A stretch of 64,000 bases of DNA from a virus. Below the pieces are notes generated by a model. That model had not been told where the DNA came from. It was given only the letters and a program-made list of their open reading frames with translations, and searched no databases. Location: the IMG/VR virus record IMGVR_UViG_3300020046_001459, positions 3,750 to 67,749 of that record; one strand, written 5' to 3'. The translations under genes were made by a program, and so were the position numbers. Below, in pieces: positions 41,751-51,270 of the stretch; within the stretch, counting starts at the first letter, position 1; each line of letters opens with the position of its first letter.

Positions 41751-42454
41751 ATTATTGGTTTTAAATTATTGTTTACTAAGTACTCATTTGTCTTAGACAA
41801 GTGTTTACATCCTTTAAATCCTTTAACACTAAAGGGGCTTGGATGAGCTGCTTCTAACACTAAATGGTACTTATTGTGTATAAATTTCTTATACTCTCTT
41901 GCATGATCCCCCCATAGCATAAATACTACAGGAGTCTGCTTATCACAAACAGCCTTAAAGGCTATTTCTGTAAATTGTTGCCATCCCAAATGACCATGTG
42001 AAAAAGGACTACCTTTCTCAACAGTTAAACAGGTATTTAGTAATAAAACACCTTGTTTAGACCATCTGGTTAGGTCTGGATTCTTATCCAGATATAGACC
42101 ATTATATACATCATTTTCAATCTCAGCAAAGATGTTTACTAATGATGGTGGTACACTAGGTTGGTTATTAGGTACACTAAATGCTAAACCTGTAGCCAGT
42201 CCTGGTGTATGGTAGCAGTCTTGCCCTAACACAAGAACTCTTACATCATCAAAAGAGTCTTCAAAGGCTTTATAGACCTTATCTGATGAAGGAAATATAT
42301 CAGCACCTTCTCCCTTACGGGAGATAAGATAGTCATATATATTCTTCATATAATCCTGATCAAACTCTTGGGATAGCTGTTTCCACCATGTTTCATGGAA
42401 CTTAGCTTTTTGAGATTCCTTTAGACTGGACATATTCATGATTACGGTCATCAA
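41744..42454 (-). CDS. ung: uracil-DNA glycosylase (family 1)
   Basis: GQDCYH (GQDPYH water-activating loop) and AAHPSPFS (HPSPLS) motifs. Confidence 0.85.
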   Translation of the reverse strand: MMTVIMNMSSLKESQKAKFHETWWKQLSQEFDQDYMKNIYDYLISRKGEGADIFPSSDKVYKAFEDSFDDVRVLVLGQDCYHTPGLATGLAFSVPNNQPSVPPSLVNIFAEIENDVYNGLYLDKNPDLTRWSKQGVLLLNTCLTVEKGSPFSHGHLGWQQFTEIAFKAVCDKQTPVVFMLWGDHAREYKKFIHNKYHLVLEAAHPSPFSVKGFKGCKHLSKTNEYLVNNNLKPIIW

Positions 42455-42782
42455 GACCTCTTTTTAAATGTATACTCTCTCTTAACATCATTAATGATGC
42501 TATAGCATGATCAAGGTGGTGATTACCTGATTCATCAATGTCTTCTCCTAACATCCATGAATTAAGATGCCTTTGACAAGCGTCATAATATCTTAACCAA
42601 CTAGTACCATGTATGTAATTAAACTTACCGTACTTCCCCTCACCATAATTGAATGCTCCACAAACAGATACTAGTGTCTTTTGAGGAAGATCACTCATCC
42701 TCCATTTACCAGTATCATGCTTGATTGTTTCAAGCCTTTCCTTTAATTTTTCTTCCTCCACCTTGCCCTCTTTTGTTAACAT
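42402..42782 (-). CDS. hypothetical protein (126 aa)
   Basis: ORF. Confidence 0.45.
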   Translation of the reverse strand: MLTKEGKVEEEKLKERLETIKHDTGKWRMSDLPQKTLVSVCGAFNYGEGKYGKFNYIHGTSWLRYYDACQRHLNSWMLGEDIDESGNHHLDHAIASLMMLRESIHLKRGLDDRNHEYVQSKGISKS

Positions 42783-43566
42783 AAAAACCTTCTTTTCTTA
42801 ATTTATCATTAATTCTTTTAATAGTAACTCCTACAGCACTTCTTGTTGTGTTGTAAGCTTTAGCTATAGAATCTAAAGATTGGTTATTTAAATATCTAGC
42901 GTAAATATTTTTATGCTTTTTATTACTAATAAACTCTAATAATCCCTCATTATCTTTAAAATTAGACTCTGCTATAATTTGACAATCAACAGACTCTTTA
43001 ATTTTATTATCTAAACAGTTTTTATTAAATTTATTAAATTTCAAACCATCAAATCTTTTTAATAGATTATCAATAGTATTTACTTTTAGTTTAAATCTAT
43101 AAGCAACTTGCCCAATAGTATATCCATTATAAAGCTCTTGTATTATTCTCTTTTCAAGATAGCTTAAATTTTTTGTAATATAATATATATCAGGATTTTC
43201 TTCAAATGATGTAAAATAATGTTGCTCTACTGGTATTTCAAAAGCAGTATTATTTTTTTCATCCTCCTCATCATCATTAATTTTATTATTATGAATATCC
43301 TCCAGATACATAATATTCTTATTAGCTCTTGAAATCTCTTTACTTACATTAGACGCTACTTTACCACAAAAAAATATAAATCTTTTTGTAGATTCAAATT
43401 TAGTATTGTCTAATATTTCTAATAAACGAATAGTAGTCTCTCCAAACAAATCATTTGCTTTTTCTACATCATTTTTATTTAATACTAAACAATGTTTATA
43501 TATTTTATCTTTATTATGAAAAAAGTCATGAATTGTGTATATCTTACTTGATTCCATTATTATCAA
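42730..43566 (-). CDS. transcription regulator with two sigma-70 region-4-like helix-turn-helix (HTH) modules
   Basis: LSYLEKRIIQELYNGYTIGQVAYRFKLKVNTIDNLLKR and YARYLNNQSLDSIAKAYNTTRSAVGVTIKRINDKLRK. Confidence 0.5.
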   Translation of the reverse strand: MIIMESSKIYTIHDFFHNKDKIYKHCLVLNKNDVEKANDLFGETTIRLLEILDNTKFESTKRFIFFCGKVASNVSKEISRANKNIMYLEDIHNNKINDDEEDEKNNTAFEIPVEQHYFTSFEENPDIYYITKNLSYLEKRIIQELYNGYTIGQVAYRFKLKVNTIDNLLKRFDGLKFNKFNKNCLDNKIKESVDCQIIAESNFKDNEGLLEFISNKKHKNIYARYLNNQSLDSIAKAYNTTRSAVGVTIKRINDKLRKEGFYVNKRGQGGGRKIKGKA

Positions 43567-43753
43567 TATACTCCTCCATAGCTTTTGTAAATTCTAAATC
43601 ACTTAATTTTTTACCTTTTGTGATCTCTTGATAGATCTCACAAAAAGGTTTATCTAGTTTAGCTGTCCATATTCTATCAAACTTGTTTAGAATAGGGAAA
43701 ACTCTCATAGGATCTGATAAATTCTCTAACTTCTTAATTATATCTTTACTCAT
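43544..43753 (-). CDS. hypothetical protein (69 aa)
   Basis: ORF, translationally coupled. Confidence 0.4.
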   Translation of the reverse strand: MSKDIIKKLENLSDPMRVFPILNKFDRIWTAKLDKPFCEIYQEITKGKKLSDLEFTKAMEEYIDNNGIK

Positions 43754-44367
43754 ACATTATCTTTATCATTATTTAAATCCTTAATATTTTTATAAACCTC
43801 ATATTTTAAATCAGGCTTAGACATTAATTCTTTAACATCTTTTATATCTACTTCAAAATGCTTTGCTACTATCTCCCTTTTTCTGACAGAAGGATTAAGG
43901 ATTTCCCACATTGTAGTAGCAACTTGTCCATTAACTATTAATGGTGCATCATTTAAATCATACACATTATTGGTATAAAATACCTTTAGTATATTTTTGT
44001 ATCCTTGAGAAATCTCAGAATATAGTCCATTTAATATCTTATAATAATCATCTTCATGCTTCTTGGGTACTTTAACTACAAAAACCAATTCTTTATTATC
44101 ATCGTCATTAAAAGACTCTACAAAGTCCTCATGATCATTAATCTTTTTTAATACTTTTACTACATCTTCATCATCTGTATTTAAGACAACTATATACAGG
44201 TATTGTTCATCTGTGTGTTGTATGTACACATTTAACAATTTACCCTTGAAATCTCTCCTGTGTAGCCCTATCATAGGTAAACAGAAGTTTGTCACTTTAG
44301 TATGTCTTAAATCACCATCATCTTTTACATATCCCTGTTGTTTTAGATATGCTAATCTTAAACTCAT
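43750..44367 (-). CDS. hypothetical protein (205 aa)
   Basis: ORF. Confidence 0.5.
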   Translation of the reverse strand: MSLRLAYLKQQGYVKDDGDLRHTKVTNFCLPMIGLHRRDFKGKLLNVYIQHTDEQYLYIVVLNTDDEDVVKVLKKINDHEDFVESFNDDDNKELVFVVKVPKKHEDDYYKILNGLYSEISQGYKNILKVFYTNNVYDLNDAPLIVNGQVATTMWEILNPSVRKREIVAKHFEVDIKDVKELMSKPDLKYEVYKNIKDLNNDKDNV

Positions 44368-45128
44368 AGAACTCCTTCTTTTTTCACACTAATAGGTTCA
44401 GGAATTACAAACCCCTCAAATCCTTCTAGGATCTTTAAGCATGAATAATTTTTATAAAATTCCTTAATTCCCACCCCTTCCCCAAAGTGGCTAATGTAAG
44501 CTTCTAGTACTAATGGCCTGTATTCTTCAGCAGAATTACACCCATCAAATAATTTCTGTACAAACTTCTCACCTTTACCAGGTATACCTTTAACAGCATC
44601 CCCTGATTGACCAGCGATCATATCTACCCAAAAATTATAAACAGCTTCTACTTTATTAGTATAGACCCATTCATTTTTTCTCCAATTATAATGACTACCT
44701 TCAAGACCCAATAAATCTTTGTCAATAGCACATATAAATGAATCTCTTAAAGCTAATCTAGTGATATTTACAGCATCATCTACTTCAATACCATCTACTG
44801 GTATAGCTTTATATTCTTCTATAAAGTAATTCTTTATAAAGCCCCACCATTTAGGTGATTCTTTAGGTCTATTAGCTTTATAGTCACTCTTAATCTCATA
44901 TCTATAGTTCCCTTTACCTTTAATAAAAGCTATATAATGAGTTGCTTCAGATTTAGTTAAGATCTCATTCATCCAATAATGAACAGAGTTCTTTAACTCA
45001 TCTTCAGTCTTATCTGTATATACAAACTTACCATTTTCCTTTATAGGCTCATTATTCTCACCTAATACCTTATTTGGTGATCCCGCAGCAAAAGCTAACG
45101 AATCTAGATCAATAACAGCTATCTTCAT
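44364..45128 (-). CDS. 5'-3' exonuclease / flap endonuclease (T4 RNase H-like)
   Basis: VDGIEVDDAV, IDKDLLGL, GIPGKGEK (H3TH) motifs. Confidence 0.85.
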   Translation of the reverse strand: MKIAVIDLDSLAFAAGSPNKVLGENNEPIKENGKFVYTDKTEDELKNSVHYWMNEILTKSEATHYIAFIKGKGNYRYEIKSDYKANRPKESPKWWGFIKNYFIEEYKAIPVDGIEVDDAVNITRLALRDSFICAIDKDLLGLEGSHYNWRKNEWVYTNKVEAVYNFWVDMIAGQSGDAVKGIPGKGEKFVQKLFDGCNSAEEYRPLVLEAYISHFGEGVGIKEFYKNYSCLKILEGFEGFVIPEPISVKKEGVL

Positions 45129-45304
45129 GGTTTTACATCTGTATAGTTATCCTTTATAAGTTGTGATAACTTAGCAGCTTTTTTGTAATTTTTAACACGT
45201 TCTTTTATATACTTACTGGTTGTTGCTCCTGATGGTACTGGTTTATTAAGCTCGTCAAGAACCTTGACAACATCTTTTAAAACCCATGTTTCGACTTTAT
45301 ACAT
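45125..45304 (-). CDS. small basic 59-aa ORF below the track length cutoff
   Basis: Translated by hand: MYKVENMGLKDVVKVLDELNKPVPSGATTSKYIKERVKNYKKAAKLSQLIKDNYTDVKP; TGA overlaps downstream ATG (ATGA). Confidence 0.35.
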   Translation of the reverse strand: MYKVETWVLKDVVKVLDELNKPVPSGATTSKYIKERVKNYKKAAKLSQLIKDNYTDVKP

Positions 45305-45762
45305 CCTAATATCCTTTTTTTATAAACTGAATCTGCCTCAGCATATCCAATCCTTGTTAAAAACTCAAAATAATCTTCTCCAGATCTATAATATTTCTTC
45401 TGCCATCTAGCATAAAAAACTACAGATTCTTTCCAATCTCTAAAGTACATATAACCATTTCTGGCCCTAAAGCCAAAAAGGTTATTACGTTCTTTAAAAT
45501 ACTTAGAAGTAAAGTTACCTGTCTCTAATCTTGCTTGCGCATAGACAGTATCAGGAAACTTAATATTATTTTTCTTAATCTCTTTCTTTAGAAGAGCTGT
45601 TGAAAATGTATCACTTACTACAATAGGGATATCTTTACGTATCTCCTTATATTCTATCAGAGGAGTATCATGTTTTAATGACACCATACTACATCCTATA
45701 GTAATTAGTATTGCAATACATATAACTTCAAATGATCTTTGTGCTATTTTATCTCTATCCAT
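45277..45762 (-). CDS. peptidoglycan hydrolase with GH73 glucosaminidase domain and N-terminal membrane anchor (endolysin candidate, possibly signal-anchor-release (SAR) type)
   Basis: AQARLETGNFTS...NNLFGFRAR; N-terminal VICIAILITIGCSMV. Confidence 0.7.
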   Translation of the reverse strand: MDRDKIAQRSFEVICIAILITIGCSMVSLKHDTPLIEYKEIRKDIPIVVSDTFSTALLKKEIKKNNIKFPDTVYAQARLETGNFTSKYFKERNNLFGFRARNGYMYFRDWKESVVFYARWQKKYYRSGEDYFEFLTRIGYAEADSVYKKRILGCIKSKHGF

Positions 45763-46118
45763 AATGATGTCAAATTAATATATGTTAATATTCCGTTAAT
45801 TACTACTGTTACTGCTAAGTATAGATATCCTAATCTGTAGTCAGCCAATATTCTTTGTGGTGGTATAAACATCGCCCACAACAATAACCAAGTTGTTAGT
45901 ATAAATGAAAATACTAATCCTTGAGAGGGGTGTGGCCAATAGAAAATACTCATTAAAAGATATACAGCCTCAATAATAGTTATTACTTTGGTAGATATTT
46001 CAATATCTTTATTAATAACTTCTGTCAAATAAGTTTTAAACTGATCTGATACTAACATTGATGCATAATATAATGTAAAAAATGCACTTAAAATCACTAA
46101 AATTAATAATACATTCAT
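45744..46118 (-). CDS. multi-TM (~4 helix) membrane protein, holin candidate
   Basis: 124 aa, four hydrophobic segments; overlaps start of glucosaminidase gene. Confidence 0.4.
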   Translation of the reverse strand: MNVLLILVILSAFFTLYYASMLVSDQFKTYLTEVINKDIEISTKVITIIEAVYLLMSIFYWPHPSQGLVFSFILTTWLLLWAMFIPPQRILADYRLGYLYLAVTVVINGILTYINLTSLWIEIK

Positions 46119-46609
46119 AATTTCTTTTTTTTAATTAAATTTATAACTTTTATAACATTCTCTTGTGTATTGGGTACATATAAGTCCACTCTAAAACCAT
46201 GTGCTGCAAGAAGTTTCTTAAACATCTTCCATTTGATCTTAAAATCAGTTGTCTCAAAGCCTTTAGTTTCAATGATCCAACCTACTTTATTTTCATCTAT
46301 ACATACAAAATCAGGTGTATAGGTAATAGCTCTTATCTTTGGACTATCTAAATCAAAGGTCTTAATTATCTTACCTGCCTTTTTCTTACTCTGAAGTTCC
46401 CAGCTATTTAATGGAAAATCAAACTTATCTTGTAATATAAACTTATGCCCTTCATACTGAAAATTCTTGAATCCATTAGCCTTTAGTTGTGTATAACAGA
46501 AAGCCTCTAGTGAGGACTTAAAGTTGATACCATCTACAGTTTTCTTTTTAGCGTTCTTAATTTTCTGACCACCTACTTTAAAACTGTACTTTTTCTTTTT
46601 AACATTCAT
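46115..46609 (-). CDS. PD-(D/E)xK-family nuclease (possible junction resolvase)
   Basis: YTPDFVC ... IIETKG arrangement. Confidence 0.45.
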   Translation of the reverse strand: MNVKKKKYSFKVGGQKIKNAKKKTVDGINFKSSLEAFCYTQLKANGFKNFQYEGHKFILQDKFDFPLNSWELQSKKKAGKIIKTFDLDSPKIRAITYTPDFVCIDENKVGWIIETKGFETTDFKIKWKMFKKLLAAHGFRVDLYVPNTQENVIKVINLIKKKKL

Positions 46610-47027
46610 TTACTAGTCTGTTAACTTTTTCTTGTAGCTGCTGATACCATTTAGGATTTAAATTGAATCCATCAGGTTTATAGTCTACTAGAATACCATC
46701 ACAATATTCAGATAATTCATCTATTTGCATAACTGTATTCTGTAGGTTATCAAGAAATATATCAATCTTTTCAGTTTCTATTCGAGCTAATTTTAGAGCT
46801 ACTGTACCTGGATTAAAAGCATGATCTACAGCTAATCCAATAACATCTCTAACAGCCCATATATAAAAAGAACTATCATTGGTAGAAATTAAAAACAATT
46901 CCACATCATCTACTTTAAGTTTAGAGTTAAAGTCCTGTGGTCTATTCTTAAGAACACTAATAACATTACGAAAAGCTTCTATATTCCAATTATCTGTGAT
47001 CTCAAATCCTATCTTTATTTTACTCAT
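46599..47027 (-). CDS. hypothetical protein (142 aa)
   Basis: ORF. Confidence 0.5.
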   Translation of the reverse strand: MSKIKIGFEITDNWNIEAFRNVISVLKNRPQDFNSKLKVDDVELFLISTNDSSFYIWAVRDVIGLAVDHAFNPGTVALKLARIETEKIDIFLDNLQNTVMQIDELSEYCDGILVDYKPDGFNLNPKWYQQLQEKVNRLVNEC

Positions 47028-48054
47028 ATTTATTTAATAATTGTTTTATTAATATTTCACCCTGTTCTACTCCAAACTTCTTGGCATAATCACTAATATC
47101 TTTACAACCACTGTCATTTGGTATAAATATACTATTAACTGAAGAATGGCTCATGCAGAAGTTATCTGTATACTTCCTACCTTCACTATCATTATCAAGA
47201 AACACAGTTATATTTTTAAATCTTTTATGTAGAGAATCCATTAATTCTTCAGGTATTTTAGCACCCTCAGACGGTAATGATACTACATTATAACCCATTT
47301 TTTTAAGAATAATTCTGTCTTTTCTACTTTTAGTTATGATCAAGAGATCACCTTTATCAGGAAGATCCTTATAACCATCTATATTACGACTAGAAGAATT
47401 ATTTAAGAATCTAATACCTTCTTTACTTGCTAATGGAAAATAGAGCTTATAGCCTATAAATTCATTAGTTTCATAATCATACTCTTTATAAGCATATATA
47501 GGATTAGACTTTCTATACTCAAAAGTAGTGACATTTTGCCCCTTTATTAGGTGGGCTACTTTAACACTAATAATCTCTTCTTTATGTAGATCATCTAAAG
47601 TAATGCCATATTTTGACCAATATGTATAATCAGTAGATGTATAGTTTTGAGATATAATCTCTATTTGAGACTTGACTTTAGGTTTAACAGGTACATCCAT
47701 GATAATATCATTTGATACTATAACAGACGGGCTTATATTTACCTTAATAGACTTTATTGAGAAATCATTAGCTATAACTTTCAAACATTCATAATAATTT
47801 ATATTATACTTTTTAGAAATATAATCAAAACATCCTAAATGTTCTCCAGAACCAAAATCTTTATAATAAAGACTATTATTAGTACTTGCGTATATCCTAC
47901 ATGATGGTTTAGTATCATAGTAGAATTCGCTTAAAAAAGGCTTATCTACCTCTTCAAAATTCTTACAATAGTATCTAAATAGTTGATATTCAGACACTTT
48001 TGACAGAATTTCTTCTTTTGTTACTTCTGTTTCTGCGTCTTTAAAGTCAAACAT
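47020..48054 (-). CDS. TOPRIM-domain protein, DnaG/T7 gp4-like primase; first catalytic Glu apparently substituted
   Basis: VVSLPSEGAK, FLDNDSEGRKY, IPNDSGCKD align with T7 gp4 TOPRIM; TEGEID position reads TKSRKD. Confidence 0.5.
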   Translation of the reverse strand: MFDFKDAETEVTKEEILSKVSEYQLFRYYCKNFEEVDKPFLSEFYYDTKPSCRIYASTNNSLYYKDFGSGEHLGCFDYISKKYNINYYECLKVIANDFSIKSIKVNISPSVIVSNDIIMDVPVKPKVKSQIEIISQNYTSTDYTYWSKYGITLDDLHKEEIISVKVAHLIKGQNVTTFEYRKSNPIYAYKEYDYETNEFIGYKLYFPLASKEGIRFLNNSSSRNIDGYKDLPDKGDLLIITKSRKDRIILKKMGYNVVSLPSEGAKIPEELMDSLHKRFKNITVFLDNDSEGRKYTDNFCMSHSSVNSIFIPNDSGCKDISDYAKKFGVEQGEILIKQLLNKYE

Positions 48055-48062
48055 AATGAAAT

Positions 48063-48121
48063 TTTATAAAAATAGGGGAGGGGGCAAACACTGCAAAAAC
48101 TGCAAGCTGCAAACCCCCTCC
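48063..48121 (-). terminator. intrinsic terminator (- strand) with GC clamp and CTGCAA-repeat loop
   Basis: GGAGGGGG(48077-84)/CCCCCTCC(48114-21), 29-nt loop with three CTGCAA copies, U-run following on - strand. Confidence 0.5.
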
Positions 48122-48140
48122 ACCGTATTTTAATTACTTA

Positions 48141-48695
48141 TTACCAAGTAGGCTCTACTGTGTTAGAGATACCAGGTTGACCAACTACTGGAGTTAACTT
48201 TTTGATATTCTTTGAAGGATCAAAAGTTAATGTTCCAGAATTAGCTGGTGCTACTGAACCTTTACCGAAGTTAAATTCAGCTTTAGTCCAATTAGGTTTA
48301 CCATCTTTACCTTGAATTTCTTTACCAGATAAACGGATATCAAATGGTTTACCAACAGTCATCTTAGCTAATTCAGCAGATAACTGAGCAGCACTAGATG
48401 CTGCAGGTAATTTTGCTTTAGCTTCGTCAAAACTGATATTATTAATTGCAGCAATTAGATTTACGATAGCAATCTTCGTAATATCCCAAGCTGACTTACC
48501 ACCTTCTGTTTTAGCAGTAGTATTGATGTATAAGCGGCTATTACAACCTAACCCTTCTCTATCTTCAATACTAAATTCTAAAAATGGTGCTCCAGTACTT
48601 GCAATACCATCAACTACTTGTGTAATTTTTACTGTATGAATTCCAGGATTTAAATACTTGCTCTTGCTTTCTTCAGCGTCATTAAAATTAAACAT
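48141..48695 (-). CDS. hypothetical protein (184 aa), possible ssDNA-binding protein
   Basis: Position between primase and ATPase genes; no diagnostic motif. Confidence 0.45.
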   Translation of the reverse strand: MFNFNDAEESKSKYLNPGIHTVKITQVVDGIASTGAPFLEFSIEDREGLGCNSRLYINTTAKTEGGKSAWDITKIAIVNLIAAINNISFDEAKAKLPAASSAAQLSAELAKMTVGKPFDIRLSGKEIQGKDGKPNWTKAEFNFGKGSVAPANSGTLTFDPSKNIKKLTPVVGQPGISNTVEPTW

Positions 48696-48716
48696 ATATC
48701 TTAGTTCTTTATATTA

Positions 48717-48929
48717 TTATGAATTAACTACTTCAACTCCTGAAGCAGTTGGTGTTACATCATCAACTACCGAATAGGTTGGTTTATGAGTTTTTTTAAA
48801 TTTAAGACCACAGTCTTTCATTAAACGTGCTGTTGCAGCACTTGTTAGGCTATACTTAGCCATGATATCTTCTTTTTTCTTTCCGCTGTTAACTAATTCA
48901 GTTAACTCTTTCTTTGATATTTGAATCAT
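48717..48929 (-). CDS. small putative HTH DNA-binding protein
   Basis: LTSAATARLMKDCGL helix-turn-helix-like segment. Confidence 0.35.
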   Translation of the reverse strand: MIQISKKELTELVNSGKKKEDIMAKYSLTSAATARLMKDCGLKFKKTHKPTYSVVDDVTPTASGVEVVNS

Positions 48930-48942
48930 AGTTCTTGTTTAT

Positions 48943-49626
48943 TTATTTATAATATTCATCCATAGCTTTAAACACTATAGACAGGTCATTTGGTATTTCC
49001 AAAGAAGCAAACATATCTGCTGGACTCTTTGCTGGGATTACCAACCCATTCTTTAAAGTGCGATTAGTGATGAAACTATATTTAGCTTCACCAGTTTTAT
49101 CATCAAAAGACACATTAGTAAATAGAGCGCAGGTTACAACTCCTAATGGATTGTACTGATCCTCTACCATTTTACCCACTGTTTTTAATTTTTTACCTAC
49201 TTTAATTCTATCTGAAATATCATCATCATCATGAAACATGAAGACAACATTTAGATCATCTCTCATACCTTTAGCATAGGCAATAATTTGCTGCATATGC
49301 TGTGCAATGTCAGTGAACTTGCCAAAGCCATTTTCTTTAGCTCTAGCAAATAATTCAGTAGTCATTACAAATCCGATATCATCTAATATCAGATTCTTGA
49401 TATGAGTAGCCTTTTTATCTATAGCCTCAAGAGTAGCATAAACCTCAGCATAACTGTCTGTAGATTTAGTGTTCCTATTCTCAGCATTATATAAACTCTT
49501 AGAACCCTTAAAAGGTAATGGTTTATTTAATGTATTTATAATATAGGTCTCTTTAGGATCCAGATTCTTTAGACTGGTAGACTTACCAGTTCCTGTGTCA
49601 CCACAGATTATAGTCACTCTAGCCAT
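48943..49626 (-). CDS. P-loop ATPase (227 aa; helicase-loader or Sak4/RecA-like)
   Basis: Walker A GDTGTGKST, Walker B-like ILDDIG. Confidence 0.65.
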   Translation of the reverse strand: MARVTIICGDTGTGKSTSLKNLDPKETYIINTLNKPLPFKGSKSLYNAENRNTKSTDSYAEVYATLEAIDKKATHIKNLILDDIGFVMTTELFARAKENGFGKFTDIAQHMQQIIAYAKGMRDDLNVVFMFHDDDDISDRIKVGKKLKTVGKMVEDQYNPLGVVTCALFTNVSFDDKTGEAKYSFITNRTLKNGLVIPAKSPADMFASLEIPNDLSIVFKAMDEYYK

Positions 49627-49627
49627 C

Positions 49628-50701
49628 TTATCTTTCTCTAATTAATTTATTATACCTCTCGATATCACTTTGCGTAATATCTGTAGGTTTTGGTAGTTCT
49701 TCAAAACTACCTGCTTCAGCTAAGAATAATAGTCCTATTTTGACATTATCCCTACTAAGCCTATTCTTTACTACCTTAAGCATTCTAAACCTATTGTATA
49801 GTGAATATAGTGCATCTTTCTTATTGATATTATAACCAAGACAGGTTTCCATATCCATTTGATACGCATTCATTAGTCCTAAAACTACGTCAGCGTCAGC
49901 ATATGGTGTTGTACTATCTTTAAAGTCACTTTGTTGTGGAGAAATATCCACACCTTTGTACTTAGCTCTTTCCACAGAACTAAGCCCTTGATTAAATTGT
50001 TGTAACCAAAAGAAAGTCATTTTAAATAGGTTACGTAAGATAATACTATATTCAGAGAGTTTATCAAGATTTTGTTTTAAATTGTATCCTCTTTCAGTCT
50101 TAAATAAGGCAAGGTGATCACCTACGACTATATTATATTCTTCAGGATTTGTAAATACAAATCTAACAATTCTCTGTTTAGTTTTCCCTTCTTCATCTAC
50201 ATAATTTTCCTTTTCAAAAGTTCCTCTTGTTTCCATATGTTTCCATAAAGTGTTATAAACACCTGTAGGATTAGTGGATTCAAAGAACCATTTTATTTTA
50301 GAAAAAAGTAAATTTAGATTAGGAGTTTCATCCATAACTAATTTTAATTCATCTTCAGTTAATCTGTTATCACCAAGACCTTTGATCTTCTCAGGAGAAA
50401 TGATAATATCATATTTCTTGTATATAAGAACAGACAACCAATTAGCACGTTTACTCATCTCATCAATCTCCAGACAATAGTAAAAAATATTTATTGGAAT
50501 ATTCTCAGCTAATGCGTCTTCAAGAGCATTAATGATTATAAAATCTACGAGAGTTGTCTTAGCACTACCTGATAATCCACCAAGTAATGTGTAACAAGCC
50601 CTCTGCACTCCAAAGATATATTTGTTTATACGACCCAATCCATTATTCAGTCCCTGGTATTTACCAGCAAGACCTGCTTGTATTCTTTCTTCAAATGTCA
50701 T
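49628..50701 (-). CDS. P-loop NTPase, putative replicative (DnaB/gp4-like) helicase
   Basis: GGLSGSAKTT Walker A-like; size and position next to primase. Confidence 0.45.
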   Translation of the reverse strand: MTFEERIQAGLAGKYQGLNNGLGRINKYIFGVQRACYTLLGGLSGSAKTTLVDFIIINALEDALAENIPINIFYYCLEIDEMSKRANWLSVLIYKKYDIIISPEKIKGLGDNRLTEDELKLVMDETPNLNLLFSKIKWFFESTNPTGVYNTLWKHMETRGTFEKENYVDEEGKTKQRIVRFVFTNPEEYNIVVGDHLALFKTERGYNLKQNLDKLSEYSIILRNLFKMTFFWLQQFNQGLSSVERAKYKGVDISPQQSDFKDSTTPYADADVVLGLMNAYQMDMETCLGYNINKKDALYSLYNRFRMLKVVKNRLSRDNVKIGLLFLAEAGSFEELPKPTDITQSDIERYNKLIRER

Positions 50702-51270
50702 ATTGCGTCTACATCTTCTTCTGTATTACTACTACCAGCTTCATCAACATATGCTTCCCAATTTCTCTGATGTAAAAAGGTTGGTAGAGCCTGGATAAAA
50801 TTCATTTTACCTGTTCTTTTTAAACCTTCAACATATAAATTAATACATTTTAATATTAATTGGTGTTTTTCTACATTAACTACACCATTAGTAATAATGG
50901 TTTTTTTATAAATCTCTATACATCTAGCATTATCTAAATGCAGCATTCTTTCACCAAACTTTTTGGGGTATGTCTGCTTTAATTCAGCAAAACATACCTC
51001 AAAATTTTGGTTACTTATTGGAAATAAGGTTGTAGCCTTGCTTCCTAATTTCAAAGAACTGAATAATATTTGACCATCTTCTTCCTGAGCATATGTGAGG
51101 AAATCTTGTTCCTGTAATTTTTTAAATATCTCATCGTCAAATGGCTTTATATTACGTGCATAGTTTAATAAGCTCTCTTTATGAGAGTTCTTAATACAAA
51201 ATAGTAAAAAATATTCCTCAAATGTAAGCTTATTAGCTAACAATTGATCAACATTAATTTCTATAATCAT
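50698..51270 (-). CDS. hypothetical protein (190 aa)
   Basis: ORF. Confidence 0.5.
   Translation of the reverse strand: MIIEINVDQLLANKLTFEEYFLLFCIKNSHKESLLNYARNIKPFDDEIFKKLQEQDFLTYAQEEDGQILFSSLKLGSKATTLFPISNQNFEVCFAELKQTYPKKFGERMLHLDNARCIEIYKKTIITNGVVNVEKHQLILKCINLYVEGLKRTGKMNFIQALPTFLHQRNWEAYVDEAGSSNTEEDVDAI

Noticed and set aside
48141-48695. Calling the 184-aa protein a bona fide SSB
   Set aside because: This rests only on positional logic next to primase and ATPase genes. No OB-fold signature is recognisable by eye, so it is kept as hypothetical.
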